Positions 53,960 to 64,000 of a stretch of 64,000 nt of DNA are shown piece after piece. The notes under the pieces were generated by a model that saw only the letters and a program-made list of their open reading frames with translations, ran no database searches and was not told where the DNA came from. The position numbers were made by a program, and so were the translations under genes. The first letter of the stretch is position 1, and every line of letters starts with the position of its first letter. The stretch comes from Parasitella parasitica NRRL 2501 (lineage: Eukaryota > Fungi > Mucoromycota): contig MU619384.1 of the NCBI GenBank assembly GCA_025201805.1, positions 13,458-77,457 of the forward strand. Reading direction: 5' to 3'.

Positions 53960-55718
53960 GTATGTACAAGTCTCCATTTATAATGGCAATTCATCTACAG
54001 ATCAGTGCAGAAAAGGGATAAGTTGGCTCTCCAAGTAGCAATCTCAGAAGAGGGGTGGTCTCTCGTGGTCAAATCCCACGCATGACAAAGCTTTAAAAGC
54101 ATTGCTGAATCGACGCAAGTACTACATAAAGTATGATGAGGTCAGTGCTGATCCCGACAGAGATGCCCATTGTTCCCTCCGAGAATCGTACACACCTGCC
54201 GAGCTGTGCAGAGTCCTCGAATCTCTCTGGAAGAAGACCAATGTCACCATTTTGCACGCACCGTCACTTTCTTCGTTGCGATCAAAACATTTGAGAAACC
54301 TGAACTTTTCTGATTGCTCTGCTATCACTGCCTATCAGCAATACAACAACCGTGGTATGCAAAATAATGGCCGTCAGCATGAAAAAGGAAAAGACGATGA
54401 GAAGGCGAAACAAGATACGTCTGTGCTCTTCGCCATGAAAACATCACCAGGTGCCCCATAAGTGCTTTTGCGTTCTATGTTTTTAGTTTACTTCAGGTAT
54501 ATGAATAAGTTAACTATTGCTTTTGAGCTAAATACTAATGGTTCAAAATAGAATGATGAAGGGAAAAGCATTGTAAACGACGAGCGATTCCGTTTCTACA
54601 AAGCTGTCAGAGATAGATTCAGTGGCGAGAAGAGTATATGCAATACCCAAAATTGGAATGTTTGCAAGAAAATTTTCATCAACCATGGCATCCACACGCC
54701 CAAAGTTACTCACGGTGGTCGTCATTCTGGTTCAGCAGAGGCTCATACGATTGGTGTTTCGATGGGCGACCTAAAGCATGGATGTGGTTGGAAGGAAGGC
54801 TTAAGTCGTCTCGAAACTAATTACATTGGAAAGCTGCCCCTTCCTTTCGCTCGTGGCATGGCTGGGTTCAAGAGCAAACCATTTCATCTGGAGAGAAACA
54901 TCATCAGCCCGTCCATAGAATTACAGCGCAAAGTCTTCCCGTGGATCGAGAGTGTTTACGGCGTTAATAAAGAGTGGTATGAAGTTTGCACCAGAGAAAT
55001 GAACGAATACGACGACAACTATGATGATGGTGAAGAGCCCGAGGATTCACAGATGAACGTTGTCGAAGAGGATGGCCAAGGTGGGTCGAAAGCCCGAGTT
55101 GAACAAACTCACGAGTCTGCCCAAGTAACTGCTGCCGAGATTAACAAACGAGGGTTCCTTAAGCTACTTGTCCGCCTCCGCAGGGTGATCCTTCAAGACG
55201 CTGCCGCAATGCTCTTCTTGAACAGACCCAGCAAACTACTTGAAGATGCTATATTTTCAACTCCTGAGTTTTTAGCGTTCAAAGAAGATGTTTTCTCGGT
55301 CCTCCGCAACTCTGATGCCCCTAGTAGATTGCAAGAATTTGAAGGCCTTGTTCCCGAAATCATCAATGCCCAAAGGGAATTATCTGGCAGCACTCAGCAA
55401 ATAAACAACCAGATCTTGCGCACCAACCAGCACTTTGACAATCAATTTGCTTTTATGATGCATACCATCAACAGCAATCATAAACAAGAAGTTGAGGCCA
55501 CATCTCACCACAATTCTTTATTGAATGCAATGTCCTTCCAGTTGCAACAGCAAGATCAACAGATAAAACAGCAACAGGCCATGATCCAAACAATGCTAAC
55601 AAGCCAGTATTTTCCGATTGCGCGATCATCGATTGTTTTTCAAGCTAGGTATTCGAATAATCCAAACGCACGATTTCCCCACTCCATCTCTTTCTACAAA
55701 ACGTTTCTTCAAACTTGA
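53960..55718 (+). mobile_element. Degenerate Crypton-type tyrosine recombinase (NDC10-II-like domain), frameshifted and 3'-truncated
   Basis: Fragments DRDAHCSLRESYTPAELCRVLESLW, LRSKHLRNLNFSDC, CALRHENITRCPISAFAFY, then THGGRHSGSAEA...GW...LETNYIGKLPLPFARGMAGF...PFHLER...LQRKVFPWIE...LRRVILQDAA. These are HxxR/W/Y tyrosine recombinase motifs. GT-AG intron at ~54497-54551. Boundaries approximate. Confidence 0.75.
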
Positions 55719-56240
55719 TCATTAAACCAACAATTGGAATTTATAAATATTAATTAAGACAGCTTACATTAACAACTATTATGTAATAAAGTTGGTTCAA
55801 ATTTTATAACTAGAAGACCTAGATCAAAAATGTACCTAAAAAGAGAGTCGTCAAATCAAGCTCTTGGAGTTCACAAACTCGGATGATTTACCGCCATCAC
55901 TCGATGCTAATGTGGTAGCATTGAAGTAAATCGTCTCGGGCCAATTCATTCCCCTTCCCATTATTAAATTGTATATGTATCCAGCAAGTAATTAGTCTCG
56001 AAATAATCCTTCTTCAACGAATTCTTAAGCTCTTATATGTAAGTTCTTGATCTGGTTAGATTCAGGGCATCTGTCCTGCATCTTTTGAAACATAACCTGT
56101 AGCCAAAGAGAATGCAGTGATTTGTAAATGCTGCAATCGATCTTGGAGAGACTATTCGGCGAGGATACGACCAACTTCTAATGTATCATAAAGTGTTGTT
56201 AAGGAATATAATCCAAATCCCTAATATACCATCAGTTGTT

Positions 56241-56333
56241 TGTTCTTCATGTGGAAGAGAGGGTCATACACGACATACAAATGATGATTGTTTACTCAAT
56301 TATTTATCGCGCCAGGGCAATGATTTGAGTTGA
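56241..56333 (+). pseudogene. CCHC zinc-knuckle remnant, probably of a decayed transposon
   Basis: Translates CSSCGREGHTRHTNDDCLLN...* (C-x2-C-x4-H-x7-C). No start codon and an early stop. Confidence 0.4.
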
Positions 56334-57947
56334 ATAATCGCATGAATGTTGTTGGAAACCCTGACACGGATTTTGGCCGTAATGTTCATTCTTCAAAACA
56401 CGATGTACAAGTTGAATTCAATATCCTATTCGATTGGACTTTTCAATTACCATCGATAATGCTCAAGGTTAAAAATGAACTTCAATTAAATTGCACCTAA
56501 TATCTCATGTCTTGGAAACGGATAAATTCACGTTGCCCTTTCAAAGACATGTACTCCTTCCTCCATTAAATTATGGTTGAGAAGGGAATATTTTTGTTGG
56601 AAGATAATGCTGGCCATTACACTCACAACATAATGATTTCTGTCAACAAAAGCATTGATAAACTTTGATCATCTTCGCTCAGCGAATAAGGCCCATGTCA
56701 TTGTGTTTTAACCAGCTCATATATGTAACCATTATGCTTTGCTACTAATATGCTGCTATTGAGCACCCTCCTTATTGTTGGGAAGTATAACTTCTACACA
56801 CTCGATATGTTTTATAGTCAAGTTTTATATCTTAACCCATTATCTCCAGTATATATTCGTAAATACCAAACACATATACAAACAAACCAGTTCTTTATCC
56901 CTCACTGTTAGTTTTAGTAACTTCATTGAAGTTTCGTCGGTTATTTCTTCAATATAATCTTGTTCTTTTACTATTTATCTATTGGTTTAATCCCTATTCG
57001 TAACGTAAATATCCTTTTTCAACACTACAACACATCAGTATTGGAAATATACATGTTCATAACTGTTTAAGGATGGGATCTTACATGAAGAAAAATATGT
57101 GCTATTACTACTAATTAAAAATTCCAATGAGAAGGCATTTGTGTACGGCACTTATATCTCGAGATATACCAAACATTATTTACTACAAAGCATTTATAAT
57201 GTGTCAAACATGCCACTAATATATGAATAATCTCCTATTTTAGAAAACAATCATCTTGCTGAGCAAGCTATTATTACACACTCTTTAAGATAGGGTTGTA
57301 TGCTTTGATACGCTATTCTGATACGAAAGATACGCAAAACGAGATATGAAAATCAGCAAGGACAGAAAAGTGGACAGTAACATCGAAACTTGCCCGCTCT
57401 AGTCAAGAATCTATGACAGCTGGGAACTTCTCATTAGTAATCCTGTTTAAGCTGATAATAGTGAACACAAACCAACATTTTTGTTAACTTTTTGAACCTA
57501 TAAAAGCACAGAACCCAGCGGTCAATTCCTTGTTTGTAAGGAATCATTTTTAATGTGCGCTAAAAATCTGCTTGCCATACCATCCGCGCATAGATGTGAG
57601 TACTGCGTAACCAGCTAATAATGTAAAAATCATGCGAAGCTTGTTATATAGCTTTATACAATTGAAATTAGCTTGTTAAATTTCGGATGCAGCATTGATA
57701 ATTTACAGAAATTCAAAAAGTCATATACAAAATTTACTATTCTTAGGCATAAAGTCCATTTCAAGATCGATAAACAATTCCTTAAAAAGCTACTGTGAGA
57801 ATATATCTCAAAATCAGAATAATAAAATGACAGTTTAGTATATATACCATCGGTTACCAACTGCTAGTGCTACCAATACTTTTATGATTTTGATATGTAT
57901 ATAAGGAGCCTGTTTTTTCCATAATTTCCTTGCTATTTCTTTCCCAA

Positions 57948-59490
57948 ATGGAAAAAACACTATCTAAAGATAACTCGATTGAAAAAGTTGACATCGAGTA
58001 TGTCAAATCTTCGATCATTTCAGAAGAAAGCGAATTTGAAGCTTCACCGGCAGAGAAAAAAGTAATCAAGAAAATTAATCTAGCGTTTGCTCCCTTCCTG
58101 TGCCTTATTTTATTCATTCAGGTACGCAGTGTCTTTATATGCCACAAATCATAGCATAGCTGAGAGCCTAATACATGCGATTCAAAATTAGTTTTGTGAT
58201 AAAACAACTCTATCTATTGCTGCCATCCTTCCACAGTTTTACGCCGACACACACATTTCAAAAAATGATTATACTTGGGCATCCTCCATCTTCTATCTTG
58301 GTTATCTTTGTATGCAAATATTCAACAACTTTATGCTTCAAAGGTTTCCTATATCAAAACTTGTTGGAATTGTCCTGATTATATGGGGTGCTACTCTTTT
58401 ATGCATGGCTTTCGTCACAAACTTTAGTCAATTGGCTGCACTCCGGTTTTTACTGGGTTTTTTTGAGGCTGTAACATACCCTGCCATGTACCTACTCATT
58501 GCTACTTTATACAGACGTTCAGAACAAGTCATTTGGTTTGGTGTCATGTTTATGAGCAACGGATTAGCTGGTATTCTCGGCAGCATTATTGGCGTTGGAA
58601 TCTTACAAATGCCTACTGTAGGCTCCATTTCACCTTGGAAATGGGCAATGATCATCTTTGGCGGGTTTACTTGCTTGTTGGGCTTCATTTACTTTGTGTT
58701 CTTGCCCGATACGCCCAAATCACGATGGTTTAGATTGACAAAAGAAGAAGAAATGATCGTCGAAGAACGTTCTCGTGATAATGCAGTAGTTCCTACTCTT
58801 GCCATCAACTATAACCAAATCAAGGAAGCGCTCTGTGAGGCTCGCTTTTACTGCTATACATTAATCTCTTTTTTCATCAACTTTCAAAACGGTGCACTTA
58901 CAAATTTCAGTACAATCATCATCAAGGATCTCGGCTTTTCTGGTGTCAACAGCATTTTACTAAACATTCCTAGTGGTGTAATGACCATTTTGTTGATTGC
59001 TTTGTTTACTTTTATTAGTAAAAAGAAGAGCGAAATAATTTATGTTGCCATTGCTGCAAACACGGTATCTTTGGTTGGCTTGATTATCCTGACTGCAGTT
59101 CCTCAAGGAGGCGGTAAACTTGCTGGCCTTTACTTGGCATGGGGTAGTACAAGCACTTTCTTGTTAATGCAGGCTTCCATCACAAGTAACGTATCTGGGT
59201 ATACAAAAAAGATCTTTTACACCTCTGTAAACTTGGTATTCTATACTTTTGGTAATTTTATTGGTCCTCTTTTGCTGGTTGAAAAGGATGCACCTCGCTA
59301 TTTGACTGGTATGGGCGTTTATGTTGCATGTAACGTTATCTGTATTCTGTTGTTCTTGTTCATACGCTACAGCCTTGTCAAGGAAAACAGCAAGCGTCAA
59401 GCGTATCACAATTCATCAAATGTTGCATTGCCAGGTGATTTGAAAGATATCACAGATGCTGAAAATAAGCATTTTATCTATCGCCCTTAA
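57948..59490 (+). CDS. MFS anion:cation symporter, allantoate permease (Dal5-like), 2 exons
   Basis: VIKKINL...LFIQ|FCDKTTLS, SSIFYLGY, LRFLLGFFEA, YRRSEQ, LPDTPKSRWF, NGALTNF, SNVSGYTKK, GNFIGP, APRY, DITDAENKHFIY. Confidence 0.88.
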
Positions 59491-61465
59491 TATTATAAAC
59501 TTTAGCTTTTACCAGTATCTCTGTTTTTTTTTGTAAAAAATAAACAATAAGGTCCTTTTGACATTGATACGTTAATATAGACTATCGGTAGAGAGTTGCT
59601 AAAGAAATAACCTAAATTTATGCGAATTCATTTAAAAATTATATTTTATCTTACAAATTCACAAAAGGTTTTGCGATTTTTAAACATAATGCGAAGCTTC
59701 TTCGCTAGAGGATGAAGCATTAAAGCGAAATAACTGTGTATTTGTAAATTTTAGCATACTTTTTTTTTTTGCTGTATAGATGAACTGCGCTATCAAAAAT
59801 TAACATATTTCTAAATGTTAATTTTGAATTCTTACGCACTTTTATTTACAATCGTAAATTAGGTAAAGACAAAGACTCAAAGAGCTTTTTTTCCAAAGAT
59901 ATTGCTATTTATTGAGTACTTAAATTCAATACAAACGGCACAACAGGATAGGCAACGTTCGATGTATTCAAAACATAACAAAGACTAGAAATTCTTCTCA
60001 ATTGAACTTGGATTTGCAGGAACAACGTAACAGGATTTCTAGCAGCAGCTAGCTGACCTTCAGTAGAATTTTCTGTGTTAATTATTATAGGATATCATAG
60101 TTATTATTATTTTGACTGCATTATCAAGGCAATCGCTTATAGACTGGATTTATAGCCAAGTGTTGGGAATTTTTTTTTTAGTAATAAATTATAATAATCG
60201 AATTTATAACAGTGAAATTTTTTGTATAAGAAACCATATATTTTTTTTCTACCAATTCTAACTTAAATAAATCCAACTTAATACTAACAATTGCCATATT
60301 ATATAAAACGAATTAATGTCACTCAAAATTATGAAAATATGAAAATTGTTGTGCCAGTGTCAAAGGGCGCAGCATAATGTTATGTAAATATGATTTGTAT
60401 AAAGTAATAAAGACTTTTCTGAATGAAACTAGATACAAAACTGAAGACTTTTATTGACATAAGATATGATCTCTATTTATACTAAAATATATCACAATCA
60501 ATGTTTATCCACATAACATCTGATGTTTGACAAGAAGTGTCAAACCTTATTAAATCACAGCATTTCCAGGACAGACCTATCTTTCTATTTTACATTAAAG
60601 AGAAGATTGGGTAGGATGTCTTCCAGACATCCCGCGATCTGATCTAGATGTATTCTTTGAATATCGAAGACATTAAAAGCCCCCAAAAAGGGGTTTCGTC
60701 TTCAACTGGACCTTCTAACTACTACAAAAAGCATGGAGACGATGTCAAAGGTCACTTTTTTTATTTGGTTTACGAAACAGGTCTCACTGCGGGAAAAGCA
60801 GCACAGCAACTCGGTATTGCTCGTCGAACTGCATATGACTGGCTGAAGAAGGATCAGAAAGATAATATGGAAAGAATCAATCCTGATAATCACATTGAAA
60901 CCGAAAACTTACCACCTAAAAAGAAAGCCGGTCGACCAGTATTGTTGGGTGAAGAACATAAGAAGCATTTAGAAGATAACTTTATCGACCATCCTTCGGC
61001 AACATTAGATCAAGCAATGGAAAGCCTTACTACCCAATTTTCTGACTTGAAGGTGTCAAAAACCACTGTTTACAATTTCATGACACAAAACTGCGCCTTG
61101 TCATTCAAAAAGGCTCATTTTCATTCACAAGAAAGAAATTCGCCTGCAAGCATTCAAAGAAAATTTGAATGGGTAGTTCGATGGGCTGAGACCGATATGG
61201 ATTTTAACAGCAACTGTGTGTTTATCGACGAATCTGCGTTTCATATCAATTTGAAAAGGACAATGGCTTGGTCAAAAAAGGGAGCTCGAGCTGAAGTAGT
61301 CCAACCTTTAACCAGAGCTAAGACGACAACTATATTGGGAGCCATTTCCCCCTTCGGTGTCATCAATGTCAAAGTTAGAGTACCATATGCTGAAGTTTCT
61401 AAGAAACGAAAAGTGACAGGAGGTAGTAAGGCTCAGAAGACTGCTGGAACTGTTACTGGGCATTA

Positions 61466-62984
61466 CCAGATTTTGATTTCAAAATAGTGACATTTAAATT
61501 GATTTAGTTGTTTTACAATTTCAATTTAGTGATTATACTTTTTCAACTTAAGAAATGTCATATATTCATCATTGTTAAAGTTTTTAATAGGTACCNNNNN
61601 NNNNNNNNNNNNNNNNNNNNNNNNNNNNNNNNNNNNNNNNNNNNNNNNNNNNNNNNNNNNNNNNNNNNNNNNNNNNNNNNNNNNNNNNNNNNNNNNNNNN
61701 NNNNNNNNNNNNNNNNNNNNNNNNNNNNNNNNNNNNNNNNNNNNNNNNNNNNNNNNNNNNNNNNNNNNNNNNNNNNNNNNNNNNNNNNNNNNNNNNNNNN
61801 NNNNNNNNNNNNNNNNNNNNNNNNNNNNNNNNNNNNNNNNNNNNNNNNNNNNNNNNNNNNNNNNNNNNNNNNNNNNNNNNNNNNNNNNNNNNNNNNNNNN
61901 NNNNNNNNNNNNNNNNNNNNNNNNNNNNNNNNNNNNNNNNNNNNNNNNNNNNNNNNNNNNNNNNNNNNNNNNNNNNNNNNNNNNNNNNNNNNNNNNNNNN
62001 NNNNNNNNNNNNNNNNNNNNNNNNNNNNNNNNNNNNNNNNNNNNNNNNNNNNNNNNNNNNNNNNNNNNNNNNNNNNNNNNNNNNNNNNNNNNNNNNNNNN
62101 NNNNNNNNNNNNNNNNNNNNNNNNNNNNNNNNNNNNNNNNNNNNNNNNNNNNNNNNNNNNNNNNNNNNNNNNNNNNNNNNNNNNNNNNNNNNNNNNNNNN
62201 NNNNNNNNNNNNNNNNNNNNNNNNNNNNNNNNNNNNNNNNNNNNNNNNNNNNNNNNNNNNNNNNNNNNNNNNNNNNNNNNNNNNNNNNNNNNNNNNNNNN
62301 NNNNNNNNNNNNNNNNNNNNNNNNNNNNNNNNNNNNNNNNNNNNNNNNNNNNNNNNNNNNNNNNNNNNNNNNNNNNNNNNNNNNNNNNNNNNNNNNNNNN
62401 NNNNNNNNNNNNNNNNNNNNNNNNNNNNNNNNNNNNNNNNNNNNNNNNNNNNNNNNNNNNNNNNNNNNNNNNNNNNNNNNNNNNNNNNNNNNNNNNNNNN
62501 NNNNNNNNNNNNNNNNNNNNNNNNNNNNNNACTCGACGATAGTAATGCGGCACCGCATTATTTCATTATGGACAATGCTGGGATCCATACTTCTCTTGAA
62601 GTCAAAAATTACATCCAGACAACAAGGCATAAAATACACTTCTTGCCTCCATATTCACCTTTTTTGAACCCAATCGAAGAAAGCTTCTCAAAGCTCAAAA
62701 CTTTGACAAAAAGAAAGCCAGGCTTAGGCAACAATGAGTTTTTGCAGTATATTGGAGATTGCAGTAGAAAGATTACCAGAAAAGATTGCGAGAGTTGGGT
62801 AAGGCACAGCATCAGCTTTTTTTCTGATTGTCTTGCCTCCAAAGAAATCTATTAAAGAATAAAGATAAATTTTATTTGTACTATCAACCCATTATCCACT
62901 AAGTTAAATCAGCAAAATCACTAAATTGAAATTGTAAAACAACTAAAAAAATTTAAATGTCGCTATTTTGAAATCAAAATCCGG
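61466..62984 (+). mobile_element. Nested Tc1-like DD34E element with ~67-bp TIRs and TA target-site duplication; interior is mostly an assembly gap
   Basis: Left: TA|ccagattttgatttcaaaatagtgacatttaaattgatttagttgttttacaatttcaatttagtgatt. Right: aatcactaaattgaaattgtaaaacaactaaaaaaatttaaatgtcgctattttgaaatcaaaatccgg|TA. Internal C-terminal transposase IMDNAGIH...LPPYSPFLNPIEE ends at 62855. Confidence 0.92.
61596..62530. other. Assembly gap (N run)
   Basis: Run of n characters inside the nested transposon. Confidence 0.99.
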
Positions 62985-63356
62985 TATATGAATTTTATTT
63001 CAAGCACCTTAGATGTCATGGATCGTCACGAACAGTTTAAAAATTATCTTATCATGGATAATGCCCTTATCCATACATCAGATAGCATCAGAAGATTTAT
63101 TGAGAGCCGTGGGTACGGATGTGTTTATCTTCCCCCTTATTCGCCTGAGCTAAATCCAATTGAGCAATTCTGGTCAGTTGTAATAAAGAGTAAAGTAAAA
63201 AAGGAAAAGCTCTTGCAGAGCGAAACTCTTAATATGAGAATCGCTGAAGCTTGTCATAATGTTCTCTTTAGCGACTTGGAAGGATTCTGTCGCTATTCTG
63301 CTTCAAAATTTGAAACCTGCTCCAATAAAAAACCTCTATAATATAATTTGCACACA

Positions 63357-63460
63357 GTGTGCAAAAAGCCAAATTCATGAGTGTGCAAAAACTACTCTTA
63401 CAAGTGTGCAAATATTATTTTTAAAAGTGTGCAAAAAATAAAATAAAAAGCGTGCAGAAA
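63357..63460 (+). repeat. Degenerate ~23-bp-period repeat of core GTGTGCAAA
   Basis: Core at 63357, 63381, 63404, 63427, and degenerate GCGTGCAGA at 63450. Spacing is 24/23/23/23. Confidence 0.7.
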
Positions 63461-64000
63461 GTAAAATAAAATATGAGCAATTTTTTCCTCAGCTTGTGCG
63501 AATAATTTCTGAAAATAGTGTAAATGCGGACAATACAGTATAAAAAACCATCTATTGGGTCCTACTTTACTCTAAATTGCGAAGCTCAACATATCGTTGA
63601 AGCATTCAATCACATTCATAACGAATTAACTAATTAAACATAGAAATATAGTAGCTCTTGCTCTGACTACTACTGTGTTATAATCTTGTTTGAAAGTTAA
63701 ATGTCAAACATGATCTGATTGTATTTAATAGATTGCCTTATGTCAAAAGTCTGATAAAATAAATCTGCCTGATTTATCAGAATGAGAAATTATTCAAATA
63801 AAACAGTTGTGAATTAATCAGGTAAAGATCTCGTTTATTACATGGAAAAAATGATGGTTTATATACTAGTGAATCTAAGTGGACTGATGGGAGGATAAGA
63901 TACAAGTGTGAGACATGGTGTGATTTAGAGAATGGAACGATAGATTATATCTATTGTCCATGAACATGTCATGTTGAGTTAGAAATAAGGAACATGATCC

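Larger units (their letters stand above)
60648..63341 (+). mobile_element. IS630-Tc1-mariner (DD34E) transposase gene, interrupted by a nested element
   Basis: HTH (AGKAAQQLGIARRTAYDW) and FIDESAF lie left of the insertion. IMDNA-34-E (LPPYSPELNPIEQFWS) lies right of it. Removing 61466-62986 rejoins GHY|MNFISS in frame. Confidence 0.9.

Noticed and set aside
61508-62639. Long ORFs composed of X
   Set aside because: Artefacts of the N gap.
63357-63460. Repeat-spacer pattern superficially like a mini CRISPR array
   Set aside because: The repeat core is only ~9 bp and spacers ~14 bp, there are no cas genes, and the context is a eukaryotic transposon flank.

Overview
AT-rich eukaryotic genomic DNA with short GT-AG introns. 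Gene content and transposon types point to a Mucorales fungus (inference). About 18 protein-coding genes lie in order: a 3'-truncated RapGAP, DNA2, NXT1, TBL1/SIF2, an ATG14/UVRAG-like gene, a Sel1-repeat chitin synthase activator, an FYR-domain protein, an intronless GT4 glycosyltransferase, an ADAM metalloprotease, phenylalanine hydroxylase, a DHA2-type MFS transporter, a CBM21 PP1 glycogen-targeting subunit, a TALE homeodomain factor, a HAD nucleotidase, a Kin4/Ppk1-like kinase, a TcdA/Tcd1-like E1-fold protein, Snx41/Atg20 and a Dal5-like permease. The right-hand 10 kb is transposon-rich. It holds a decayed Crypton-type tyrosine recombinase, a CCHC-knuckle remnant, and a DD34E Tc1 element split at a TA by a second DD34E Tc1 element with clear TIRs. 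A ~455-bp fold-back/MITE sits at ~25 kb. The most interesting observations are: (i) an apparent fusion of an Ams2/Spt21-type N-terminal domain to FYRN/FYRC; (ii) the nested Tc1, whose removal restores the host ORF; (iii) a Tcd-like protein with eroded adenylation motifs; (iv) TGACA sites clustered upstream of the TALE gene. No multi-gene novel system is clearly demonstrable. Family calls come from motif recognition by eye, and exon boundaries are hand-inferred.
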